DNA of 63,359 nucleotides, counting the filler, from Neolecta irregularis DAH-3 (Eukaryota): the NCBI GenBank assembly GCA_001929475.1. It is 5 parts of 5 records of this genome, joined end to end, with 100 filler letters (N's around TTAATTAATTAA, not from the genome) between each part and the next. Parts side by side here need not be neighbours in the genome. Positions count along the whole stretch, not along the records: positions 1 to 12,061 come from LXFE01000709.1; 4 more parts are not named here. One strand, given 5' to 3'. Below are positions 1-11,152 of this stretch, piece after piece. A model generated the notes under the pieces. It worked only from the letters and a program-made list of their open reading frames with translations, was not told the origin of the DNA and searched no databases. Both the position numbers and the translations under genes were made by a program. Each line of letters starts with the position of its first letter. Position 1 is the first letter of the stretch.

Positions 1-472
1 TACTCGGCAAGAAATAATTACGTTCAAACACTCCAGGGGTACTTTTCCACCTCCAGCCAGTACCTCAGTTTTGAGATCGCTTTCGCAATTTAGTAGTCTC
101 TATCTCTGTATTTATCTATATCTAAACTCGGTAAAGATTGCAATCCTGTCATCCGTGTTAGGCAGATCTGAATGTCAGTATTTGTTCGAGCTTGACAATA
201 CTTGCAGAATTATCTTGCCTATTATTACACAATAAAATCATCTGTTTGAGGGAAATGTTGAATTAGAAATGCGAATATGAGAATCTCCAATGTGGGCGCG
301 GTTGCTCTCCGCATATCGTTTAAGAATCCGCCAACTACACCGTTCTACTCCCTGCTGCCCCAAAATTTCCTCCAGGCTGACCTCTTTCATCATCTTTGCT
401 TAAATTTCACATCCTGCGTCAATTCTACCCGGGCTGTCGTCTTCCTATTTGTCGATTACCAATTGACCTGCG

Positions 473-3400
473 ATGGCTACCACATATGCAATCGTCGCTG
501 CGGATGAGTCGACGGAGATCTCATCCTCTGTAGAAATTAAGAAGATGCTTGAGAGCAATGATGAAAATCTCAAGATTGAGACTATGCGCAAAATTTTAAC
601 CACAATGATGAATGGTGATTCTATGCCTGATTTGCTAATGCACGTTATTCGTTTCGTGATGCCATCAAAGAACAAAGTTCTCAAAAAACTGCTATATTTC
701 TATTGGGAGATCTGTCCAAAGCTCAATCCTGATGGGAAGCTGAAGCAAGAAATGATTTTGGTCTGGTGTGGTCCAAATCTCTTTGTAACTTTTAATCTTT
801 TGCAGTAATGCGCTGAGAAATGATTTACAACATCCAAATGAATTTATTCGAGGAATAGCTCTTAGATTTGTCGGAAAGCTTCGGGAACCAGAGTTACTCG
901 AGCCGCTGCTCCCAACTGCTCGAGCTTGCCTGGTAGAAAATCAATCAATCGAAATTTAGCTCACCCACAGGAACATCGTCATGAATATGTCCGGAAAAAT
1001 GCGATATTTGCCATTTATTCGGTTTACCATCATGCTCAGAACCTTCTTCCTGATGCTCCTGATTTAATTTACAATCTCATTTTGGAGGAGAACAATTCTA
1101 CATGCAAGCGAAACGCATTCGTTGCCCTTTGCGGAATTGCTCCAGAACGAGCAACTGCTTGGCTACAAGCGAACATTGAAGCAGTAACAATGATGAATGA
1201 GGAAATCCAATTAGCTGTTATTGAGTTCATTCATCGAGATGCATCCAAGAATTCAGCATACAAAGCCCAATATCTTCGCCTCATGTTTGAATTGCTGGAG
1301 GTATCCAGTAATACAGTTGTTTACGAAGCGGCGAACTCTTTGACTGCATTGACTAGTAATCCTGTGGTTATAAAGGGTACGTCATATTTTCGAGGCCACA
1401 GCTAATTCAAAGCCGCTGCATTAAAACTAATCCACATCATCACCAAGGAGTCGGATAATAATGTTAAGATTATTGTACTGGATCGCATTGAACATCTTCG
1501 GAAAGTCCATGATAAAGTTGTTGATGACCTTATTATGGAAGTCTTGCGAGTGCTTTCGAGGTCGGATCTTTTTCCTAGCGAGTCTAATACAAAGCCCGGA
1601 TATCGACGTACGGAAAAAAGCCCTCGAGATATCCCTTGAAATGGTGTCCAGTGCCACTGTTAACGAGGTTATATTGCTTCTGAAGAAAGAATTAGCGAAA
1701 AGCATGGAACAGGATTATGAAAAGGTACACTGCTACTATTTTCCTCGTGGTAACAACAGAATAATGAGTATCGTCAACTGATAATCCACGCCATTCATAC
1801 ATGCGCTATTCGATACTCACAGGTCGCTGCTGATGTTGTGCACATTTTGATGGACTACATGGGAGAGTTTAACAGTGCCGCTGCCGTCGATATTGTTCAA
1901 TTTATAAAGTGAGAATCTCGAATCAAGGCATTGGCTAAAGAGACAGAGAGGTAGTTGAAAGGTTTCCCGATCTCCGAGCATCCATTATAGAGCGTTTAAT
2001 GTCTACTTTGACTGATGTTCGCTCTGGGAAGGTTTACCGAGGCGCTTTGTGGATCGTTGGAGAGTATAGTGTTGAAGAACAAGGTTGACGAATTTGATTG
2101 TAAACATTGCTTATAACTGCAGACATTCGAGAAGCTTGGCGTCGGATACGCGCCAGCTTGGGAGAAATTCCTATTGTTGCATCTGAACAACGTAATTTGG
2201 AGAAAATGGCCGAAGGTGAAGATGCACAAGCTAATGGCGATGGGGAACAGCGATATTATGAATCCTACACACGGCGAGTGCTTGCAGATGGGACATATGC
2301 GACTGAAAGTGCCATTACGACTAATGGTAGATCGGAAAAGACGCACGACTCTAAATTCGCATCGAGACCACCACTAAGAGGTATTGATACACTGAAGAAA
2401 GTCTGCTAATTGGTCAGCTTTGATCTTGGATGGTGATTATTATCTTGCGAGCGTGCTTTCTTCTACTTTAACCAAACTCGTTATGCGATATTCAGAGATC
2501 TCCAGAGACTTGTCACGAATAAATGCTCTGAAAGCTGAAGCTATGTTGATTATGACATCTATTCTTCGAGTCGGCCAGACGGAATTCGCTAAAACGAAAA
2601 TCGATGAAGACTCGGCCGATAGAATCCTGTCATGCCTGCGAAGTCTGGCCGAGCTTGGGGAACGGGCCGAAATGAAGGATGTTTTTTTGAAGGAGACAAA
2701 GAAGGCATATACCGTTATGCTAAGTGCCGAGGAGCGCAGACGTGCTGCAGAGGAGGCGATAGAGCGAGAGAAGAATGCTGTACAGCCAGATGATTTGATT
2801 TTGATTCGACAATTTGCATTGAAAAATGCTGCCGATGATGCATCTGCGGTTTGGAAGTACTCGATTATTTGACTCATTCGCTAGGCTGATTTAGATATAA
2901 TTTCACTTGATGGGACCAAGAATGGCTCTTCTGCATCGCAGCTAAGTCGCATCATTCAATTGACTGGTTTCTCCGATCCAATCTATGCCGAGGCTTTTGT
3001 TAATGTGCATCAATTCGATATTGTCTTGGATGTTTTGCTCGTCAATCAGAGTGCATCGACTCTTCAAAATTTGACTGTGGAGTTTGCAACTCTGGGAGAT
3101 TTAAAGATTGTTGAGAGACCCTTGTCACAAAATCTCGCGCCACATTCGTTCCACAAAGTTCAGGCGACTATTAAAGTTTCATCGACGGATACCGGTGTAA
3201 TATTTGGAAATTGCATCTGGGACAGTGCTGCTGCTACCGAAAACAACATTGTCATTCTCAGCGATATTCATGTTGATATAATGGATTATATTCAACCAGC
3301 CACTTGCACTGAGACACAATTCCGCAACATGTGGACTGAATTTGAATGGGAAAATAAAGTCAACATATCGAGCAAGATCTCTTCACTGCGAGAATTTCTT

Positions 3401-3724
3401 GACCATTTGATGAAGAGCACGAATATGAGTTGTCTGACTCCTGAAGCATCTTTGAGAGGGGATTGTGGGTTCTTGAGTGCAAATTTGTATGCACGAAGTG
3501 TTTTTGGTGCAATGTATGGAAGGAAACTTGGCTGATATAAACAGGCGAAGATGTATTGGCCAATTTAAGTGTCGAGAAGGACGGAGGACTAATCAGTGGA
3601 CATGTCCGAATTCGAAGCAAAGCTCAAGGAATGGCATTGAGTATGGGCGATAAAGTGTCTAATGGTAATAATATTGTCTTTGGTTGCTGATGTTGCAGCT
3701 CAGCGGACTACGAGCATCAAATAG
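473..3724 (+). CDS. SEC26: Coatomer subunit beta (beta-COP), about 12 exons
   Basis: Conserved segments [88 protein letters not shown]. First intron 766-805; stop TAG 3722-3724. Confidence 0.96.
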
Positions 3725-4082
3725 CGATTCATGTGGTGGTATCTGGTATAGATGAATATATATTTCTGAGCTCACCTGCTCTGGCCGAACTAGATGGCAC
3801 GGTCAACATGATCCTGACCTTTTACAGCTTCCCTATCAGTTCTTGGTATCCGGTGGGTTCCAGGGCAAGAACTTTTTCTTATCCAACTACTAGCCACTCC
3901 CAGGTTTCATGTTCTCTTCTTTCTTCAATGTAGTTTAGGGAGCTAGATAATTAATTTGCTTTTCCTTTTGCCAGTTTCTCGACGACGTGAGTGAAAGCCC
4001 GTGCGATCGCGCTAACCAACTCGATCCCAAATCAATAAACGCCTATAAATTCTAGCTACAACCAAAGTGTCCATGCCCATCA

Positions 4083-5684
4083 ATGTGTGAAATTTTGTGT
4101 CAGATTGGATGCTTTAAAGATGGAAAACCAGTCCACTTATCGTTAACGTCATCGGGTTTAGTAATCGAGATTGTGAATCAGAATATACGCCCGGAAAAGA
4201 ATCTTTTGCAGGACTTTTTCTCCTGTTGGTCGTCAATAAGGGATTCCTCGGCTGGCAAGCGATATATTTGAGCAAGGCTGACTCTTTGCAGAGTCGGAAG
4301 ACCGTCATATCTCTTATAGGGATATATTATATGTAAAATCATCTCCCAACCATTTGTTTATCAGCTACGGGATGCGTCAAAGCAAAAAACGAGCAATAGT
4401 ACAAACCTACGAGTATGAGCTTGAGTGTGATTCTTCCGAGTTTGTCGCTCTTGCTATGGAAAAAGCGTATCATGGTTAGACAACAGCAACGACTAGGCTG
4501 ATGCAATAGAAACCATCTGCCACAAGCGCTTTGTTGTACTCATTAATCCTGTTAGTGGCTCAGGAAAGGCACAGACCAATTACGAGCAGCATGCGCGTCC
4601 TTTTTTTGAAAGCGCTGGATGTTTTATGCAAGTTTGTATTACGACAAATCATGGGCATGCAATGGAGATTGCAAAGAACCTCGACTTGACGGCGATCGAT
4701 GCAATTGTATGTGTTTCTGGTGATGGACTACCTCATGATGTATTTAACGGGCTTGGGCAAAGAAAAGACGCCTGCGCAGCATTACAGACACCAATTGCGA
4801 TGATTCCTGGGGGTTGGTGTTGTGAGATACGATGCTCACATTTTAAGGATCTGGAAATGCACTTGCCCTTAATCTTTATGGTACTTCGAGTCCAAGTGTT
4901 GCAGCTTTGGAGATTGTCAAAGGTATGTATAGATGCGGCGACTTGTTAATGTTGAAGGGATTCGTGTACCGATCGATCTATGCTCTGTGACTCAAGGGCA
5001 AAGTCGATATCTTTCTTTTCTCAGCCAGTCGTGGGGAGTCATTGCTGATTCTGACTTGGAGACGGAACATTTAAGGTAAGTGGTACAGAGTGTGTAGCTG
5101 ATGGGAGGTGGATGGGGGAGTCTCGATTTCTTTTGGGTCTTTTATGGAACATATTGCGCAATCCTAGCTACCCGTGCGAGCTTGCAATCCATACGGCGGG
5201 CGACAGGGTGAAAGCACCAGCAGCGAGCCACGAAGGCCTACCTCCGCTGAGATGTGGCACGATCAACGACCCGATGCCCGAGTCTTGGCAGGTGTATCAA
5301 ATCCCGAACCTGAGTAATTTCTACGCAGGAAAGGCGAGCAAGTGGTGTGTGATGTGTGGCTGATGGCAGATGCGATGGATGGCGTCGGATGCGTATTTTT
5401 TCCCTCGGGCGGTGCACAATGACGGACTGGTTGATATTGTGCAAACGCTTTGCTCTGCCGGTCGCAGGAATGGGATCAGATGCCTGCTTGCAGCGGAGAA
5501 GGGCGAGCATGTGGAGCTGGCGTGTGTGGGATACACAAAGGCCGCGGCATATCGGCTGCGGCCTACGGGGAGGAGGGAGACGGGCAACATTAGCATTGAC
5601 GGCGAAAAGGTGCCATTTGAAGCGTTTCAGGTGGAGGTGCATCGGGAGCTGGGGAGCTGTCTGGGGAGTCACAACGATTTGTGA
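4083..5684 (+). CDS. LCB4: Sphingoid long-chain base (sphingosine) kinase, DAG-kinase catalytic family
   Basis: Spliced exons give KRFVVLINPVSGSGKA, VSGDGLPHDVFNGL, IPGGSGNALA, DLETEHLRWMGESRF and ISIDGEKVPFEAFQVEVH. Model requires GC-AG introns 4255-4291 and 5334-5369. Confidence 0.9.
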
Positions 5685-5777
5685 TATAATAAATAGTAAC
5701 AGAATAAATGATATAGAATAAAAGATTGTGAACCAAACGCAACCTGAATTATATTTCAAAAGATATCAGATTCATCA

Positions 5778-7376
5778 TCATGATAAATTGAATGTCTTCA
5801 TTTTCAAGACAACTTGATTATGATCAGTGGGCGCAATCGAAGCTTCAGAGGAAACCCAGAATCCATTTTCAAAGGATACATCATCGGGTGGTGTAATGCG
5901 TTCTAGTTCATTATCGATGAAAATGGGCTCGGCAAGATTTTCTTGGTCATTTTCAGTTTGAGCAATGTCGAAAGCGATCCATGATTCAGTTTCACTCTCT
6001 TGAGGTTCAGACGTCATAATGGTGATATCACTTAACTTTGTTTTAAAAGTTGAGGGTGGATTGAGACGCGGCATACCCCGTTCCAGATCGCGTGCGGAGA
6101 TTCCATATACCTTTCCCAAAGCATTCATGACCAAATCTCCAAGTAGCAGACAACTGTCGCCGCGCACACTGTAAAATCCAGGTATGACTTGTTTGATCAA
6201 GTAAGATATTAAACCGTAAATCGAGTCAAGAGAACGGCGTGTAGTCCCATCCTGGCAGAAATTGTATTCGACTCCAGAATTTAGCCGAGCCATTCGGGAC
6301 GGCTCCCATGAGGACGGAATAGCATTTTGGAGAAAAGAGACGTAGTCGTTTTGAATTTGATTACGAATTGGTTCCGGGATTTCTTCGCCAATCGTGGTGG
6401 GAAAGTAGATACTGCTTGGCCAGAATATGTCAGGATAATAGCCGGAGAATGTCTCTTTTTGGACTACAAACAAGCCTAATACTCCCTTTTGCTTTCCTTG
6501 ATGCTGAAAAGTATATTCGCGAACACCGAAAATGGAGTAAAATGTTCTCGATTGGTCTACCCAGGACACTGAATAAACTTGCATCTCTTTCGTTCCCACT
6601 GTTACTGAAAACGATTCTCCATCTTTTTCATCGATGGACGATGCCAATATCGGCAAGTAACTTGAGAGAATTTCGAAATGAGAGACTGGAGAAGAGGATT
6701 GTTCTCTTAAAGTCGATAGAACCTGCATGATTTGATTGGTATTACGACTAGGTTGAAAGCGACTTGGAAAGGTTGGATAAAGATGTCGATGTAAAATATC
6801 GTTATGTTTCCATTGGCTATTCCAACGGTCAAGGTTTGGTATATTGTAGGTAGGACCGAGGCTATTTGTCCAGGTATTGAAATCGTAAACACCGCGATAT
6901 AGCTTGTTTTCAAATTCTGGAACGACGAATTTGGTATCGGCAAGGCTAGATGATTAATGTAAATCAGAGAATAAAAGATACGTAAAGGTAAAACGCGCTA
7001 TGTTTTCAGTTTCAGATGGTTCAACGACTTGCGAGTCGAGATCTCGGGCTACTAGCAGACGAAAAGTGTTGCATGTAAAAATGCGTTCGGGGGTGCTTGA
7101 TACAGTAGGAAATTCGATTTGGAATGAATAGCATGGATCGTGTGTATCAGTTGATTCCGTACAAGCCTTTGCGCAAAACTGGACGGCTGAATTCCAACTT
7201 GCCAAGTAGCCTGTATCTTGCTTGTACAATGGAACAACGTAGGATAACTTTTTGATCAATATGGCCGGGAGATCACGATAGATGCCGCCATCCTGGGCTG
7301 GGGTGTATCGATCCAACCAGTTTGTCGCAATGACATATGGTGCGAGAATCAAGAGAATATGACGGGTGAACTGCAT
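5778..7376 (-). CDS. Lineage-specific secreted protein, about 520 aa, with N-terminal Cys-containing PAN/apple-like module
   Basis: One 36-nt GT-AG intron (6981-6946) joins ORF 6954-7409 in frame to ORF 5778-6728 with no stop. Signal-peptide-like MQFTRHILLILAPYVIA; Cys pattern CAKAC...CYSF...FTC. Alternative ATG at 7409. Confidence 0.7.
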
Positions 7377-7490
7377 GATGGAAAAGATTGATGAAACTCG
7401 TTGAAACATATACCAGGGTCTGCCATTAACTTTTTGTGTCAGTGGTATTCATAGAACGAGACACGATGTATCGGTTCCGTGGTGGCTCAA

Positions 7491-7565
7491 GTCGAACCTG
7501 GCTACAGGGCGAGGGGGAAGGGGGCAGGCGGGAGGGGCGAGGGCGATAACGGGCGAGAGGGCGGG
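7491..7565 (+). repeat. G-rich inverted-repeat arm (left)
   Basis: gtcgaacctggctacagggcgagggggaagggggcaggcgggaggggcgagggcgataacgggcgagagggcgg is the near reverse complement of 8258-8360. Confidence 0.85.
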
Positions 7566-7774
7566 CAGTAACGGGCGAGAAAGACGAGTAGGGGGAGCGC
7601 AACGGCCTAGGTGGGCGGAGCGGTAACAAGGAGGGCAGGCGATCACTTACAAGCAAAATAATATGATATGATACATGATTACTAGCCTCTCACAAATGCA
7701 ATATGTCTAACCGTTGCCCAAAAAATAGATCTATCCTTGAACAGATGCAAGCAGCCCAAAATAATTTTCTTCCA

Positions 7775-7966
7775 TCACAGTAATGCGGCAGGGAATATCG
7801 TCGCTTCTCGTTTCTGAAGGCCTACCTTTTCCAGAGGTAGCCCAGGTATTGATCCCCAGGAGTCCAGATATAGTTGCAGGTGACTACCTTTTGGCACTGG
7901 TCTTCCTTCCAATATTGATGACATAGTAGCAATAAGTAATAATGATGACACAAGGTGTAGCCTCAT
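7775..7966 (-). CDS. 63-aa secreted prepro-peptide with Kex2 (KR) and Ste13-type (EA) sites
   Basis: MRLHLVSSLLLIATMSSILEG|RPVP...GLQKR-EA-TIFPAALL*; TATAAAA on the minus strand at 8006-8000. Confidence 0.6.
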   Translation of the reverse strand: MRLHLVSSLLLIATMSSILEGRPVPKGSHLQLYLDSWGSIPGLPLEKVGLQKREATIFPAALL

Positions 7967-8257
7967 TCTGTGAGCTTGTTGTACCCACAAGCTATGGCGT
8001 TTTATAATTTGCTTGGTTCGATAGAGTCGATTTACTGGGACCTGCAGCAAGAGAGGGAATATTTATACTTATCCGCATGTCATATAACCGTAGAATCCGG
8101 TCAAGCCTCAAGACTGCATATGTACGATTGGCTTGCTCATTTTTGTGGCTCGGCCAAAATTCTTCCTGCATCTAGCAGTTGATTTCTCAAAATGGTAATA
8201 ATATATCCGCTTTGGACCTCACTCAGGCACCTGTGAAAACGAGACACCATTATCCGT

Positions 8258-8360
8258 CCGCCCTCTCGCCCGTTATCGCCCTCGCCCTCCTCGCCCGTCA
8301 TCGCCCTCGCCCCTCCCGCCTGCCTCCTTCCCCCTCGCCCTGACTTAGCTACCGTTCGAC
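8258..8360 (-). repeat. G-rich inverted-repeat arm (right)
   Basis: Reverse complement of 7491-7565 with one extra internal unit of about 22 nt; ends ...gttcgac. Confidence 0.85.
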
Positions 8361-9014
8361 GCCGACGACGACGACGACCAGACTCGCCAGTGCATTCTGC
8401 ACCCGGAGCCTGCGTATCAGCCATTTGTCTCTGCCGACGTGCGGGCGCTGCTGGCTCCGCTGCTGGACTGGCACGAATACGTGGGTATTTATTTGCTTGC
8501 CCACAAAATAAACATATATAGACCGCCTTTCCATTTCCAAAACCTAATTCTGTGTTATTCAATTCAGTTTACACCCGTCTTCGAGACCTCACCTCTTCTT
8601 CATTTTCACGAACGCCTCCAAGGACACGTCCAATTATCCTCCTCCAGGGCCAACGCGGCACCGGTAAACGAACATTGGTAGACTGGGTTTCTAGAAATTT
8701 GGGAATGAATTTATTAGAGGTATACCGTTAAAATATTTCCTGACGAATATCCGGTCAATTGTTTTGAGGTTATTGGAGAAAGCGAATTTAAAACAAAAGT
8801 GCATCTCCAGGTCTGTTTCGTAGTCTTATTCGTATCTGGGCTCCAATACTTACAAGGGTGGTGTTGGAGATATCTTGGTTTTTGAAATATATGATATTTT
8901 TGGCAAGGTGTTGGAATGAGGGGGGTGTCAGTTGATATAATGCATGCTATTATCTATTAGAATATGCCATTGACCCAACCACTTGACGCCAGAAAGAAAA
9001 GATAATGTTTAACT

Positions 9015-9881
9015 TCAATTTGCAAAATCGGTTGCGCTACCACAGCCAAATTTCCGTTTAAACCGTCGCCAGAATCGCCATCGTCTTGAAGGCATGGGTC
9101 TGGGGCCACCGAGCAAGATCGGGGAAGTAAAATAATTTCCCTCGTGCTCAAAAGTTACCGAATCTCGAACGGTGTCATGCAACACCCGGTATTGTTCATA
9201 AAACTCATTTGCTTCCAGTTTCAGATTTTCCCGAGTACTTTCTGCATCGACCGACTCCAAGGACTCTCGACGCAGAAGCTGGCAAAAGAAATGCAAGCTA
9301 CAAATTCCAGAGTCTGATATTTCTGTGGTCTTTGGGCATTTTCCGTAAAGTACTTGACATTCAAGATCTCCGATGAAATTGAAAATAGAATCAAGCAATT
9401 TTTCGACATAGGATATTAATAGGCGAGCGCGATCCACGAGACACAAATTGACAGGATCGTAGACTGTTGCGGTTTTTGTCTTGATATCTAGTTCTACCGC
9501 GACGTAATGGTCTGTTCCTATTTTTATTAGGAAGACAACTCTGCGAGGTACTCGGCAATTCCGCCAATAAAGCCTTATTTGCGAAGTCGGTGTCTCGAGT
9601 TCCATGGCAGAATTTCTTTCGAGCGCATCGGATATACCGCTTAGAAGAAACATACTGACAAACAAGGTGTCACTCTCGTAGGAAGAAGCATTCCGCAGGC
9701 GTTGATAAATAGTAACTGCATAAAGATCGAGTAGGCAGTGTTTGATTGCGGATCCGGGTACTAGAGAAGCCAGGGCATCGCGGAAAGATTCTTCATCGGT
9801 GACATGGAAAAGATGAGCTGCTGGGTGAGTGGATTGTTTGAGGATTCGGCCCATAAGCGAGTGATCAAGGATTGTGATCAT
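9015..9881 (-). CDS. Ulp1-like (peptidase C48 fold) protein, catalytic Cys replaced by Ser; intronless
   Basis: DALASLVPG...; IKIGTDHYVAVELDIKTKTATVYDP matches the HW...YDS motif; CPKTTEISDSGIC matches the PQQxNxxDCG motif. First ATG at 9881. Confidence 0.7.
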   Translation of the reverse strand: MITILDHSLMGRILKQSTHPAAHLFHVTDEESFRDALASLVPGSAIKHCLLDLYAVTIYQRLRNASSYESDTLFVSMFLLSGISDALERNSAMELETPTSQIRLYWRNCRVPRRVVFLIKIGTDHYVAVELDIKTKTATVYDPVNLCLVDRARLLISYVEKLLDSIFNFIGDLECQVLYGKCPKTTEISDSGICSLHFFCQLLRRESLESVDAESTRENLKLEANEFYEQYRVLHDTVRDSVTFEHEGNYFTSPILLGGPRPMPSRRWRFWRRFKRKFGCGSATDFAN

Positions 9882-10106
9882 TTGGATTCTTGAATCAGAT
9901 ATAAAATGCAGACATTGAAGCACACCTGTTGGGTTCTTGATTATGATTCAAAACATAAATGTTATGAATACGCAAATAAACGAGGATATTAAATATGCTG
10001 TGGGGGAAGGAATGCGTGGAATGGGGCGTGATGGCAAAACATGTGCTTCAGAGTATAGTGTATTGATATTCTTACTGCTAAACTAACACAAACAGGAGAC
10101 TCAATG

Positions 10107-10709
10107 TCAGTTTTCATATTTCATCTCCAACTCGTCAATTCTGTTCTGTTTTTCTTGTAAAAGGTTCTCAAGATCTGAAATTTGTTTCTCCAGTAACTGG
10201 AAACGCTCCATCTTCCGTTTGCGACTGCGACGGGCAGCTTCGGTATTGCGTTGACGTTTTTGAACCACTGCATTCTTTGAAGCAGATTTATCTTTGCGTG
10301 GACGCCCAACACCGCGTTTGGGCGACGATGGCAGTGTGTCATTGCTTTCTTTTGACAAAAAGGGGGTGAAAAGCGATTTCCCCGCCCACTCGTTGGGAGC
10401 AGCGAGATCGGGTACCAGAGGGGTGTCAAAAAAGTGGGGGGAATCATCTGAAAACGTGCTTGAAGCGACTGAATATGGAGTTTCGAAAGGAGTCTGGGCT
10501 GGAGTAGCGAGCATCAGTTCTACCGGAGAGACGGTTCCGTGAGAACTATAATTTTCTGAATTGATTATTGTATCCAGGTACTCTATGCGTTAGTTGCGCA
10601 TTAAAAGGCACGTACCCTGGTCAAACATTGATTCGTACAATTTTTCGGGGATATCTGATACCGAGGCTGAACTTGTGAGCAACAAGGATGAGAAAAGAGG
10701 CATGCCCAT
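10107..10709 (-). CDS. GCN4: Cross-pathway control bZIP transcription factor (Gcn4/Cpc1 type), about 189 aa
   Basis: Basic region KRQRNTEAARRSRKRK plus leucine zipper, GTVSPxEL motif and W..xSLF activation motif. Intron 10615-10583; upstream uORFs. Confidence 0.9.
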
Positions 10710-10783
10710 TACCACGCTGAGTGCGAGTATATGCGGTTGAGGTGGGGAAAGAGAAACCAAGGGAGTATGTTTGCGAATTTGCG

Positions 10784-10925
10784 CTAGGCTGCTGGTTGGT
10801 CAGAGGGCATAGGCAAACAGAGTACTGATGGATGTGCTGCGCAAGAGCAGTGCGCAAGAGCAGGGGCAGGCGGGAGCAGAAGCTTGAGGCGAGGCTAGAG
10901 TAGAGGCTCTGGAGGACGCGGCCAT
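10784..10925 (-). promoter_or_regulatory. uORF2 of the GCN4/CPC1 leader (35 codons after splicing)
   Basis: ATG 10925, MAASSRASTL...STSITA*; contains a predicted 34-nt intron 10825-10792 (gtactc...ctgac...cag). Confidence 0.75.
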
Positions 10926-10985
10926 GGTAGCAAGTATAGCGGGAGCGTTTGCAGGGCAAAAGCAAAAGGATGGGGAGAGAAGAGC

Positions 10986-10997
10986 TTAAGCAGCCAT
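10986..10997 (-). promoter_or_regulatory. uORF1 of the GCN4/CPC1 leader (Met-Ala-Ala-stop)
   Basis: gccATGGCTGCTTAA; same three-codon form as yeast GCN4 uORF1 (ATG GCT TGC TAA). Confidence 0.85.
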
Positions 10998-11152
10998 GGC
11001 AGAGAGAGAGGAGCAGATGAGGAAGAAAACAGCGGCGGCGCCACTTTTGAACAAGAACTGCTGCGGCACCAGCAGGTTATCAGCCGATACACGTGACATA
11101 TGCCCGGCGGGCAGAGTACAAAAATAAGGCAAGACAGGGGGGACGGGCGGTA

